64,000 bases of DNA from Acholeplasmatales bacterium (GTDB lineage: Bacteria; Bacillota_I; Bacilli_A; Acholeplasmatales; Anaeroplasmataceae). Made by a program: the position numbers and the translations under genes. Position 1 is the stretch's first letter. Each line of letters opens with the position of its first letter. This document shows positions 48,801 through 57,423 of this stretch, piece after piece. Location: positions 87,819 through 151,818 of the forward strand of contig CAAGAX010000060.1 of the NCBI GenBank assembly GCA_900767915.1, in the 5' to 3' direction. The notes beneath the pieces are model-generated. The model saw only the letters and a program-made list of their open reading frames with translations. It searched no databases and was not told the origin of the DNA.

Positions 48801-50605
48801 TTGATGAAGAAACTAAGAAATTAGTAAAAACAGATGGTATTTATAACAAAGATGAATTATCACATTTAGTAGATGTAATAAATGAAATGAATATTGATTT
48901 AAATAATAATGATTTATCTTCAAAAATTTCAAGCCAAATTTCAAAGCTAAATAATAAAACTGAAATAGTTGAACCTGATACTTCTAAAACAAAGCTAGAT
49001 ATTTTGTATTTATCAACAATTGTTAAAAGTGTAATAACAAAAGAAATTAAAAAAGAAAAGGATAATATTATATTACCTGATGATGCTTTAGATGGAAGCT
49101 ATATTAGAAAAGATGAAATTAAAGCGTTAATTGATGTTATTAGCCCTTATGCAAATCCTGATGGATCAATAGATTATTCTAGTATTAAAGATAAATTACG
49201 TATATCTGAAAATGATTTTAATGAGACAAATGGTAAATATATTAAGTCAAAGATACTACATGCAACAATTTCTAAATATTTAGCTGATGAATTAAATAAG
49301 GATAAAACAATAGTATTCTCTAGTTCATATACAGATTCTAGTTTAACTTATATTAAACCAATTGAGCTTCAAGCATTAGTTAATGCTGTATGTGCTATTA
49401 ATAATAGTAAAGATGTTGGAATGAATATTACTGTTGATACTACAAGTAAAATTAATAAAGAAACTCTTAAAACAAATATTTCTAACTCTTTAATTGTTAG
49501 AGCTTTAGTTTCTGATACAATTAGCGATAGCATTGAAAAAGATATTAAAGAAATATATGATGAACTTACTATTTCTAATGGAACAAAAGTAATAAAATCT
49601 GAGGAATTAAATTCATTAGTTGATGTATTAGCTTTAAATAGTATTGATAATACTATCACTTTAAATGCCAATATTGATATTAATAGCTATACAATAGTAA
49701 AGAATGATATTGCTACTTTAAGAAATTCAAAAATTGTTTCTTATAAATTAACTAAAGAAATTGAAAACATGGGTATTTGTGGTGATGATAAAAAGTTGCC
49801 AGCTGCTTCTTATAGTAAAGAAGATGGCTATATTAGTGAAGATGAATTAAATTATCTATTTGATATAGTAAGTATAGATAATAAATTAAGTATAGCTAAA
49901 TTAAAGAATAGTACATATACTTCAATAGATAAGAATAAAATAGAACCATTTAAAAATTCTACTATTGTAAGATATAAGATTTCTAGTTTTTTACCAGGTA
50001 ATGATATTGTTATCCCTGATGAGGTATATGAAACTGATTCTAATAATAAAAAGCTTATTATAAGTGATGAATATCAAAAATTAATAGACGCATTAGTTTC
50101 TTTAGGTTTAACTGATTCTACATCATTTGACATTAGTAATATTGACAATAATTTTGATGATATTAAAGCTACTAAAGTAGCTAATAGTATTATCTTAAGA
50201 GCTACTATAACAGAAAAATTAGAAATAACTAATGAAGAAATTAGCTTATACTATTTTAGTGGAGATATTGATTCAACTAAGACAGTTAATGGTAAGCAAA
50301 TTTTAATTCTAACTAATGATGAAGTAAAAAATATCCTTATTGGTATTACAAGTATGGGTATTGAAAATGGTGTATCTATAAGTATTAGTATAGATACAAT
50401 TAAAAAATATACTGAAGATACTCTAACGACAGTATTGAAATCAAATACTTTAAGATATATACTTTCTCAAGTTGTTTCTACTGTTTCTACTACAGCACCT
50501 ACAAATAACGAATATGTATATTTAAAAAATAATAATAAACTTGATTATATTTCCTTCTATACTTCAGATGAAATAAAGTCGGAAGTTAAAAATCTTCAAA
50601 AATAA
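45854..50605 (+). CDS. giant (~1583 aa) membrane-anchored repeat protein: CvpA-like N-terminal TM domain plus at least 10 divergent ~85-90-aa modules
   Basis: RBS AAGGAG lies 9 nt before ATG 45854; the ORF track starts it at 45830. 'LLIGILFGMIRGFRKSLILAIQA' is CvpA-like. The C-terminal 950 aa repeats the pattern 'N(S/K).I(L/V)R(A/Y).(I/L)(S/T)..L ... (D/E)E(L/I)..L(I/V)D(V/A)(I/L)'. Confidence 0.8.
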   Translation: MTIDGIWFSIIPTILFILFLLIGILFGMIRGFRKSLILAIQACVIFIGCLIAYLIIVNNPNTDTRIVSIINNFMGENGLQNSFGVSSDCNSFKEILIQYIPKQMNMGDGIALILKDNGAYLVSIVNLVYHIVFALLFFIAYLLLVFIFYIVYLIAYPERRHKEKIIKKNLETDPNKKYKPHRGFGAVVGGIRGFVSGFILVSLVGSIFYIAGGTGEKEYESYDWGDESLNQGYSVYQALGSYGNTGIFKVLNNIKNKDNVPFYFFAANLVFSGNDVENNSNNLVLTRDLGELSIFSRNTFDLLVKYGRDDLKEAMKNPGENNSNLNNTITKIYKNPEFQNEFNALIDNFNTNTYFINMTFSVVDSFASHLDQININDDSNKDAYELLNVLFNSNYKSDYIPEDKDSDVVSTLKPSMLLNKEDVKATFNLIFDLLSQETTNDSVYDSVNLTTVALENIKDLSVLNTDNKSQLNPVFERLYTYLSNKYLTNDNTNDTTLLSTSYLLEDTNSESIDWIDELNNAISAISSSLKLFKSVYVPGSSDSIPVQIVTSLYNIFDTSNDKYTENNELYGSIVDRLANSKLLGKVFATNYITSSVINFLNSISNNANVYVPKKINYCNTESDGKIVYGEIYNLFKGIESILKNKESKNVVLKLVDSQSLENNDIKTLCTSLLSNDELTLNYLLDSQIVSSALSAVVFGLKIDNGFSLVFPNSSKKIIDGKTVNLIDSNEVKRVIRIIPSLVDNVLNTDDSTKGILSFATNNKENIAKSNILCATVANYLIHNLPENISDVLVINDTLKKDDIINNLDCSNENSLWPKEISSILEIFDSVIDIDNVDLNDSKALESALLNEIKNLNKPNKNDNNLTNLDVIYKSSILKDSLSKQLDSKLTSDIVDEETKKLVKTDGIYNKAELSHLVDVINEMDIDLNNTSEINTIVINEVKNLNKASTTNPTKTKLDVMYSSTLITSALSKQLDSKLTSDIVDEETKKLVKTDGIYNKDELSHLVDVINEMNIDLNNNDLSSKISSQISKLNNKTEIVEPDTSKTKLDILYLSTIVKSVITKEIKKEKDNIILPDDALDGSYIRKDEIKALIDVISPYANPDGSIDYSSIKDKLRISENDFNETNGKYIKSKILHATISKYLADELNKDKTIVFSSSYTDSSLTYIKPIELQALVNAVCAINNSKDVGMNITVDTTSKINKETLKTNISNSLIVRALVSDTISDSIEKDIKEIYDELTISNGTKVIKSEELNSLVDVLALNSIDNTITLNANIDINSYTIVKNDIATLRNSKIVSYKLTKEIENMGICGDDKKLPAASYSKEDGYISEDELNYLFDIVSIDNKLSIAKLKNSTYTSIDKNKIEPFKNSTIVRYKISSFLPGNDIVIPDEVYETDSNNKKLIISDEYQKLIDALVSLGLTDSTSFDISNIDNNFDDIKATKVANSIILRATITEKLEITNEEISLYYFSGDIDSTKTVNGKQILILTNDEVKNILIGITSMGIENGVSISISIDTIKKYTEDTLTTVLKSNTLRYILSQVVSTVSTTAPTNNEYVYLKNNNKLDYISFYTSDEIKSEVKNLQK
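48495..48640 (+). repeat. intragenic direct repeat, copy 1 (146 bp)
   Basis: Identical to 48762-48907 except for 2 substitutions (GCT/GAT and GGA/GAA). The period is 267 bp, which equals 89 codons. Confidence 0.9.
48762..48907 (+). repeat. intragenic direct repeat, copy 2 (146 bp)
   Basis: See copy 1. Both encode 'LSKQLDSKLTSDIVDEETKKLVKTDGIYNK(A/D)ELSHLVDVINEM(D/N)IDLNN'. Confidence 0.9.
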
Positions 50606-50621
50606 TCTTTTATTGAATACA

Positions 50622-50650
50622 AAAGGACACTAAATTTCTAGTGTCCTTTT
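50622..50650 (+). terminator. rho-independent terminator of the giant gene
   Basis: 11-bp stem AAAGGACACTA / TAGTGTCCTTT with a 6-nt loop. The T-run is part of the 3' arm. Confidence 0.8.
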
Positions 50651-50671
50651 GCAATTATATACTTAAAATAA

Positions 50672-50695
50672 TAAAAAAAACAGCTATATAGCTGT
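50672..50695 (-). terminator. rho-independent terminator of tRNA-His
   Basis: Palindrome ACAGCTATATAGCTGT. On the minus strand it is followed by T9 (the plus-strand A-run at 50672-50680). Confidence 0.8.
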
Positions 50696-50714
50696 CTTAA
50701 TTATAAAAAAAAGA

Positions 50715-50791
50715 TGGGGCGCATGACAGGGATCGAACCTGCGCGTGTCGGAGCCACAATCCGATGTGTTAACCACTTCACCACATGCGCC
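50715..50791 (-). tRNA. tRNA-His (anticodon GUG) with encoded G-1 and CCA
   Basis: The reverse complement GGCGCATGTGGTGAAGTGGTTAACACATCGGATTGTGGCTCCGACACGCGCAGGTTCGATCCCTGTCATGCGCCCCA has anticodon stem TCGGA/TCCGA with loop TTGTGGC. An extra 5' G pairs with C73. Confidence 0.9.
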
Positions 50792-50921
50792 AAATATTAT
50801 GCACAATTAGACGTGCGATTAATATTATACATAAAAAAATCATTTTGTAAATAGAAACCATTGAAAAAAATAAAAAAAATGTTAAAATACTTTTGATTAT
50901 ATATGAAAGGAATTTAAAATA

Positions 50922-52226
50922 ATGTTTAAAACTATACTTAAAGTTGTCTATGTTACAATAGCGGCAGTTCTTTGTTTTATATTATATATGGGATTTTATA
51001 ATACATTTAGATCTGATTATGTTATTGAATTAACATCTACAGCAGTAAAAGAAAAAGATTATGAAACAATAGCTAAAATTTTTAATGTTACATTTGATTT
51101 AAAATCAATTTTAGAAGAACAACCTACAGATAAAGCTCATTTAGAAGTATTACCTTCTATTTCTAGAGTTGATGCTGTTACATATAGTAAGAAAGAAAAC
51201 AGTGATGAATATACTGCTAAAATTAACTATTTATTTGAATATAATTATTCATTCTATTTATATGAACCAAAATTTTCTATAGCAGATTCATCTGATAATG
51301 GTTCTATAACAAATAAGACTGCAATTAGATTTTATAATGATGAGAATAAAAGCTTTGATTATTTATTAAAACTTACATCTACTGTTAATAAAGATAAATA
51401 TTCATCTAAACCAGAAACTCTTTCTGATGCATTATTAAAAACAGGAAGAGATCAATTACAAATTTTAAATTTAATTAATGCTACATATGTTACAATTAAT
51501 GAATCAGTAATTAATTATATTCAATCTGATTATTTAGACGGAAAAGCAATTACAAGCTATTCTATTATTGATGGAAATGGTGAATTAGTATTTGAACCTA
51601 AAAGCATTAATTTAGATTTTTCTCAACAATTCTTTAAAGAACAAGAAATTATTGATTTTAAAGCAAAATACTCTGCTGTAATTGAAGCTCAAAAGGAATC
51701 AACTGATGCTGGCAATAGTAAATATTCAGAATTTGAGGAATGGTATTACGGAAAGAATAAGGATGGTGTTTTCTATACATTCTATGAATCAGAAGAACAT
51801 CCTACATATATGCATCAGCTTGATGAAGCAGCATTAAAGCCTGCTTCAATCATTTGGAAAACAATTGGTATTATTGCATTATTCATATTAGCTTGTGTAA
51901 TTCTTTATATATTATTATTCAACTTTAAATGGATTAAGAGAATCATTACTAGAAGCGGAAAAAATGAAGGACAATATTCTCCAAAAAATTCAGCTCAGAA
52001 AAAAAATTCAAATAATAATACAAATAAAGCTTCAGCTAATACAAAAAATTCAAATAAATCTGTTAAGGTAGAGGCTACTAATTCTAAAGCTAATTCAAAT
52101 TCCTCAGTAGATACTAAGGCAATATCTAGTAATATTAATAATAATACTAACAATGTATCAAGCGAAGCTAATAATGAAAAAATAGAAGAAAATCCAACTA
52201 TAACTGATTCTAATGAATCTAAATAA
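50922..52226 (+). CDS. bitopic membrane protein with an N/S/K-rich low-complexity tail, function unknown
   Basis: 434 aa. N-terminal TM anchor, ~290-aa middle domain, second TM ('IIWKTIGIIALFILACVILYILLF'), then an ~85-aa tail 'KNSNNNTNKASANTKNSNKS...'. Confidence 0.6.
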   Translation: MFKTILKVVYVTIAAVLCFILYMGFYNTFRSDYVIELTSTAVKEKDYETIAKIFNVTFDLKSILEEQPTDKAHLEVLPSISRVDAVTYSKKENSDEYTAKINYLFEYNYSFYLYEPKFSIADSSDNGSITNKTAIRFYNDENKSFDYLLKLTSTVNKDKYSSKPETLSDALLKTGRDQLQILNLINATYVTINESVINYIQSDYLDGKAITSYSIIDGNGELVFEPKSINLDFSQQFFKEQEIIDFKAKYSAVIEAQKESTDAGNSKYSEFEEWYYGKNKDGVFYTFYESEEHPTYMHQLDEAALKPASIIWKTIGIIALFILACVILYILLFNFKWIKRIITRSGKNEGQYSPKNSAQKKNSNNNTNKASANTKNSNKSVKVEATNSKANSNSSVDTKAISSNINNNTNNVSSEANNEKIEENPTITDSNESK

Positions 52227-52243
52227 TTAATATTTAAAATTAT

Positions 52244-52312
52244 AAAATGGTACTAAAAATGGCAATTTCTAGCAACAATTTGTTGACTAGATAGCCTTTT
52301 TAGTACCATTTT
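52244..52312. terminator. long hairpin between convergent genes (bidirectional terminator)
   Basis: 16-bp perfect inverted repeat AAAATGGTACTAAAAA / TTTTTAGTACCATTTT. It encloses a 37-nt loop that itself contains CTAGCAACA...TGTTGACTAG. Confidence 0.7.
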
Positions 52313-52341
52313 TTTATGTAATGATATAATAATTTACATTA

Positions 52342-53667
52342 TTAAGATTTATCTATTAAATCCTTTAATAAATGGATTCCTTCAATTAGTTTATCGTCAT
52401 CTATTGATGTATATCCCAATAAAAAATAATTAGATTCCTTTTTATACTCATCATAGTCAGTAAAGGAATACATTTTAATTTTATTATCATCTAGTATTTT
52501 TTTGAAATTGTTATAATTATTTATATTTAATTTAATTACTAATGATAAATAATTTCTTTTTTCATCTGCTTCAATATTTAATTGTGTTAATAAATTAATT
52601 ATTAGATTTCTTTTTCGTAAAAATTCTCTTTTCTTTTTGTTGAGATGAGAAGCATAATAACCTTCACTAATAAATCTTGCTAAGGCTAGTTGATTTAGGG
52701 TTGGAACATTATTTGAATATAGAGAATATTTTTCATTGTATTTTTTCATTAAATCAAATGGTAATATTGTATATGCAATTCTTAATCCTGGAAATAAAGT
52801 GGTAGAAAATGTAGAAAAGAATATAACATTATTAGGAATTAAGCTAATTATTGATGTTGTAGGACTACCATTTATTCTAAACTCTGCATCAAAATCATCT
52901 TCAATAATATAGCTATTAGTTTTAATTGCGAAATCTGCTAATTCTTTTTTTCTAGAAATTGTCATTTTAATACCAGTAGGGAATTGATTGAAAGGAGTAG
53001 TATACAAAATAGTTCTATTCATAGGAATGATAACACCTTCATTATCTAGATTTTGATAATTAATAGTGAAGCTTTTATTATCAAACAAATATTTAAGCTT
53101 ATGATAACCTGGATTTTCTAATGTAATATTATTTATTTCTAATAAAGGTATTATATCCTTTAGCATTTCCATTCCAGTACCTATAATAATTTGATTTTCA
53201 TTGACATTTATATTTCTATTAATTGCTAAATGATTTTTTATTGCTAATCTTAAATTTAAATCTCCAATAATATTAGTTTTATTTAGATAATTTTCTTCTA
53301 GTAAAACTTCCTTCATTACCTTATTATAGCTTTTATAATTAAAGCTACTTGCATTTAAAGTTGAAAAATCATAAGTAATATCTTTAGATTTTACTATTTG
53401 ATTTATTTTATAACTATTAGAAGTAGTTATTAGTAGTTGCTTTGTTACATAATAACCACTTTTTTCTATTGAATAGATATATCCCTCATCTAACAAAAGA
53501 TTATAAGCATTAATAACTGTATTTATGCTTATATTTAAATCCCTAGAAAGATTTCTTTTAGAAGGGAGCTTTTCTCCTCCCTTTAAGGTGTTATTATTAA
53601 TTAGCTTTTTTATTTCCTCAAAAAGCTCTAAATATTTTGGGGATTTATTTTTTAATATAATATCCAT
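52342..53667 (-). CDS. MocR/PdxR-type regulator (GntR wHTH fused to an aminotransferase class I/II-like domain)
   Basis: 441 aa. N-terminal 'GEKLPSKRNLSRDLNISINTVINAYNLLLDEGYIYSIEKSGYYV' is a GntR HTH. The remaining ~350 aa are colinear with fold-type I aminotransferases. Confidence 0.85.
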   Translation of the reverse strand: MDIILKNKSPKYLELFEEIKKLINNNTLKGGEKLPSKRNLSRDLNISINTVINAYNLLLDEGYIYSIEKSGYYVTKQLLITTSNSYKINQIVKSKDITYDFSTLNASSFNYKSYNKVMKEVLLEENYLNKTNIIGDLNLRLAIKNHLAINRNINVNENQIIIGTGMEMLKDIIPLLEINNITLENPGYHKLKYLFDNKSFTINYQNLDNEGVIIPMNRTILYTTPFNQFPTGIKMTISRKKELADFAIKTNSYIIEDDFDAEFRINGSPTTSIISLIPNNVIFFSTFSTTLFPGLRIAYTILPFDLMKKYNEKYSLYSNNVPTLNQLALARFISEGYYASHLNKKKREFLRKRNLIINLLTQLNIEADEKRNYLSLVIKLNINNYNNFKKILDDNKIKMYSFTDYDEYKKESNYFLLGYTSIDDDKLIEGIHLLKDLIDKS

Positions 53668-53807
53668 GGTACCATCATTCCTTTAATTTAATATATTTTT
53701 ATGATACCACATCTTTTTTTATAGTAAAATAAAAATAATTTTATCCTTTATTTAATTTTAATAAAATGGTAAAATATTTGTGGTATTTTGAAAATGGGTG
53801 GTAATTT

Positions 53808-54752
53808 ATGAATCGTGTTGCTTCTTGTATAAAATTAGTTCAAATATTAAGTGCGAATGATGATTATGTTTCAACAAAGGAATTAGCAGAGATATTAGAA
53901 ACTAATGCTAGAAATATAAGAGAATATATAAAGGAACTAGAGGTTGCAGGCTATGTGATTCAATCATCTCAGGGTATTTATGGAGGATATAGACTTGATA
54001 AGACAACACTATTACCTAATATTAAGCTGAATGAAGAGGAATTAAGTTCTATTAATAAAGCTAATAGCTTCTTAGCTAATTCTAGTGATTATTTAGATTA
54101 TAATAAATATAGTGTAGCAATTGGGAAGGTTTTATCAACTATAGATAGTCAAAAGGTTGTTACACCAATTACTATGATAGATAGGTTTCCTTTATCAATG
54201 GATAAAGCAAAGCTACAAGAAAGATATTCCATTATAGAAGAAGGAATTTCTTCTCAATTAAAGGTAGAAATAAATTATACATCACAAACTGGTAAGTCTA
54301 AGCTTCATATTATTCATCCTTATAAGCAATTTTTGTATAATGGAAGTTGGTTTGTTTTAGCTTTTAATGAAACTATTAATGATTTTGGTTATTTTAAGCT
54401 TAATAGAATAGATGAGATTTTTAAAACTAGAAATCATTTTACAATAAATAAGAGCTTTTATGAAAAGAATTATTTAGATGATTTTGGTATGAAGCAAAAT
54501 GGAGAATATTATCATATTGAGCTTGAGCTTTCTAATCTTAATACTGCTGTAAAAGAAAGAATTTATGGTAAGAATCAGCATATTGAAGTAATAGATGATA
54601 CTCATGTAAAGTTTTCTTGTGATATGCAAAATAAAAGTTTAATTTTATCATTTGTTTTATCACTTGGTAATAGATGTAAGGTTATTTCTCCTGAATGGCT
54701 TATTGAGGATTTAAAAAATAGTTTATGGAGTACAATTGAAAAATATGAGTAG
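53808..54752 (+). CDS. YafY-type transcriptional regulator (HTH-WYL-WCX)
   Basis: 314 aa. 'YVSTKELAEILETNARNIREYIKELEVAGYVI' is the HTH_11 segment. 'IIHPYKQFLYNGSWFVLAFNETINDFGYFKLNRIDEI' is the WYL core. Confidence 0.85.
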   Translation: MNRVASCIKLVQILSANDDYVSTKELAEILETNARNIREYIKELEVAGYVIQSSQGIYGGYRLDKTTLLPNIKLNEEELSSINKANSFLANSSDYLDYNKYSVAIGKVLSTIDSQKVVTPITMIDRFPLSMDKAKLQERYSIIEEGISSQLKVEINYTSQTGKSKLHIIHPYKQFLYNGSWFVLAFNETINDFGYFKLNRIDEIFKTRNHFTINKSFYEKNYLDDFGMKQNGEYYHIELELSNLNTAVKERIYGKNQHIEVIDDTHVKFSCDMQNKSLILSFVLSLGNRCKVISPEWLIEDLKNSLWSTIEKYE

Positions 54753-55383
54753 TATTAAGCATATATTTTTTGATTTTAATGGTACATTGATAAATGATGT
54801 TGATTTATGTTTAGAGCTATTAAATGGCTTATTAAAAGATCAAAATAAAAAAGAAGTAACTCTTGAGGAATATAAAAATATATTTACATTTCCAATAGAG
54901 GAATATTATAGAAGAGCTGGAATTGATTTTAATATTGAAACATTTCAATCATTATCATTAAAATTTATTACAAAATATCAGCCAAGAAGCTTAAATTGTG
55001 GATTATATCCTAAGGTTTATGAAACAATTAACAGATTAAGAGAAATGGGGTATCATACTTATATATTATCAGCCAGCGAAAAGAATAATTTAATTGAACA
55101 ATGTAATCATTATAAATTATTGAATTTATTTGATGATATATTAGGTATTGATGATATTAATGCTAGAAGTAAGGTTGATATTGCGATAAATTATTGTGAA
55201 AAAAATAATATTAATTCAGATGAAGTATTATTTGTCGGAGATACTCTTCATGATTATGAGGTTTCTAAGGCAATAAACGCAAAATGCTATTTAGTTTCAT
55301 GTGGACATCAATCTAAAGAGGTACTTAGTGAGGCTAATGTACCCATTTTAAAAAATATTTATAACTTATTGGAGGAATTATGA
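54736..55383 (+). CDS. HAD-IA-type hydrolase (phosphoglycolate phosphatase-like) with an atypical motif I
   Basis: 215 aa. Motif I is 'FFDFNGTL' (Asn at the D+2 position), motif II is 'ILSAS', and motif IV is 'VGDTLHD'. It overlaps the WYL gene by 17 nt. Confidence 0.8.
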   Translation: MKNMSSIKHIFFDFNGTLINDVDLCLELLNGLLKDQNKKEVTLEEYKNIFTFPIEEYYRRAGIDFNIETFQSLSLKFITKYQPRSLNCGLYPKVYETINRLREMGYHTYILSASEKNNLIEQCNHYKLLNLFDDILGIDDINARSKVDIAINYCEKNNINSDEVLFVGDTLHDYEVSKAINAKCYLVSCGHQSKEVLSEANVPILKNIYNLLEEL

Positions 55384-57332
55384 GAATAATTAATGAGAAT
55401 TTTAGTGATTTTAATTTATGTGAATATCCTTATGATAGATTTCATACGGCTTTAGGAGAATATCATCATATTGTTTCACCTGGGTATTATGGTAATTGGT
55501 ATGATCCAATTTCTTTACATCAGTGGAGAAGTCTTGATGGTAGCTGGATGGTTACTGAGGAAAATGGTGTTCATTATATGGAGCAAAATAGAGGGGATAA
55601 CTCTAAGGATGCCTTTAAGAATGTATATTGCTGCTTAACTCATAAAAGCTCTTTATTTTCTAGTTACACTTTATCTTTTAAAGTAAGGTTATTTGAGGTT
55701 AATCATTATTGTGGAATGGCCTTTTATTATATAACTTCTAGAAATTATTATGCAGTAGGTATTAATGGAAAGAAAATCGCCTTATATCATAGAAATGAGG
55801 AAACATTTGATACTATTTCTGAAAATGAAATTGATTTTGATGATTTTAAGGATTATAGCATTAAAGTAATTGTTGATAAGCATGTTATAGTATATTTAGA
55901 TGATAAGAAAATACTTGAAGGTGATGTAAAGCCAATTTATCCTTCAAAAATAAGCCTAGTAGCTAAAAGTGCTTGTCGATATTCTGATGTTTATGTTGAT
56001 ATGAGTGAGCTTGAATATCAAAATCATCTAGAATTGATGAAAAAGCTAAATAATAGATTAGAGGAAAAAAGAAGTAAATATAGTCCTTTAGAATGTATTA
56101 AGAAAATAGATTTAAAGGATTTTGGTAGTGGAAGACAATTAAGAATCGCTAGAACTTCAAATAAGACTATATTTATTTTAGCACAGCATCAAAAAAGAAT
56201 GATAAGGGATTCATTTGCTCATTTATCTAGTATGACAGCCTTTGATATTGAAGGAAATGTATTATGGAAAATAGGTGAAAGTAATCCTACATTTGATAAT
56301 ACATTTATTTCTTGTGATTTGCCTTTTCAGATTGCTGATATTAATAATGATGGTAGACTTGAGGTAATATACGCAAGGAATTTTATGGTTCATATCATTG
56401 ATTTATTAGATGGACATGAAATTAAATCTATGAAGACTCCTATTATTAAGGACGATCCTTTAGTTAAAAATGAGCCATTTTATCGTTTAAATGTTGATGC
56501 GATAAGAGTAGCTGATTTTGAGGGATTAGGATATAAGGGAGATTTCATTATAAAGGATAGATATCAAAATGTTTGGGCATATAATAAAAATATGGAATTA
56601 ATGTTTAGATATCATCATAAGAATACAGGTCATTTTCCTTATATTTATGATTTTAATAATGATGGTAAGGATGAAATGTTTGTTGGATATGATATGGTTA
56701 ATAGTAAAGGAGAAATTGTATTTTCCTTACCAATGAATTCTGATCATACTGATGAAATTATTTATGCACCACTTGATTTAAAAGATGATTATAAACTTGT
56801 TTTAGCATCAGGAAACGAGGGTATGAATATTGTTAATTTGGATGGTACTATTTATAAGCATAATGAAATAGGTCACGCTCAAAGAATAAGTGTTGCTAAA
56901 TTCGATAATAATATGGATGGATTAGGAATTTGTGCTACAGCATTTTGGGGTAGTGATGGAATTGTTTGTACATATGATAAGGATGGTAATTTATTACATC
57001 AAATTGAGGTTGAAACAAAAGGTACTATTATTACGCCAGTTAGCTATGATGGAGTTCATAATTTAATTTTACTACATGCAGGTAATGATGGTGGTTTAGT
57101 TGATTTTGAGCTTGATAGAGTTGTACCATTCCCTTTAGATAATCATCCTGATATTTCTACTGAGGTTTTTGATATTGATGGTGATGGAATAGATGAAATT
57201 ATTTGTTGGGATTTAAAGGAAATGTGGATTTATAAGGCTAAGGAATTTATATGTTCTAAGGATGATATAAAATATCCTTTAGATAGCTTTTCTAATTATA
57301 GAGGAGAATATATTATTCCTAAGAAAAACTAG
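55380..57332 (+). CDS. cytoplasmic two-domain protein: N-terminal LamG/DUF1080-like jelly roll plus FG-GAP/beta-propeller-like repeats
   Basis: 650 aa with no signal peptide. The N-terminal ~200 aa is 'DGSWMVTEENGVHYMEQ...YTLSFKVRL...GMAFYY...YYAVGI...VIVYLDDKKI'. Acidic loops 'DINNDGRLEVI', 'DFNNDGKDEMF' and 'DIDGDGIDEII' recur. ATGA overlap with the HAD gene. Confidence 0.55.
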   Translation: MRIINENFSDFNLCEYPYDRFHTALGEYHHIVSPGYYGNWYDPISLHQWRSLDGSWMVTEENGVHYMEQNRGDNSKDAFKNVYCCLTHKSSLFSSYTLSFKVRLFEVNHYCGMAFYYITSRNYYAVGINGKKIALYHRNEETFDTISENEIDFDDFKDYSIKVIVDKHVIVYLDDKKILEGDVKPIYPSKISLVAKSACRYSDVYVDMSELEYQNHLELMKKLNNRLEEKRSKYSPLECIKKIDLKDFGSGRQLRIARTSNKTIFILAQHQKRMIRDSFAHLSSMTAFDIEGNVLWKIGESNPTFDNTFISCDLPFQIADINNDGRLEVIYARNFMVHIIDLLDGHEIKSMKTPIIKDDPLVKNEPFYRLNVDAIRVADFEGLGYKGDFIIKDRYQNVWAYNKNMELMFRYHHKNTGHFPYIYDFNNDGKDEMFVGYDMVNSKGEIVFSLPMNSDHTDEIIYAPLDLKDDYKLVLASGNEGMNIVNLDGTIYKHNEIGHAQRISVAKFDNNMDGLGICATAFWGSDGIVCTYDKDGNLLHQIEVETKGTIITPVSYDGVHNLILLHAGNDGGLVDFELDRVVPFPLDNHPDISTEVFDIDGDGIDEIICWDLKEMWIYKAKEFICSKDDIKYPLDSFSNYRGEYIIPKKN

Positions 57333-57423
57333 TTATTATTTAAGTTATCTCGAAAAGATTTTTACTTGAAAATTAATTCTGTATCGTATATAATAAAAGG
57401 GATTATTCTTTGGAGGTTTTACA

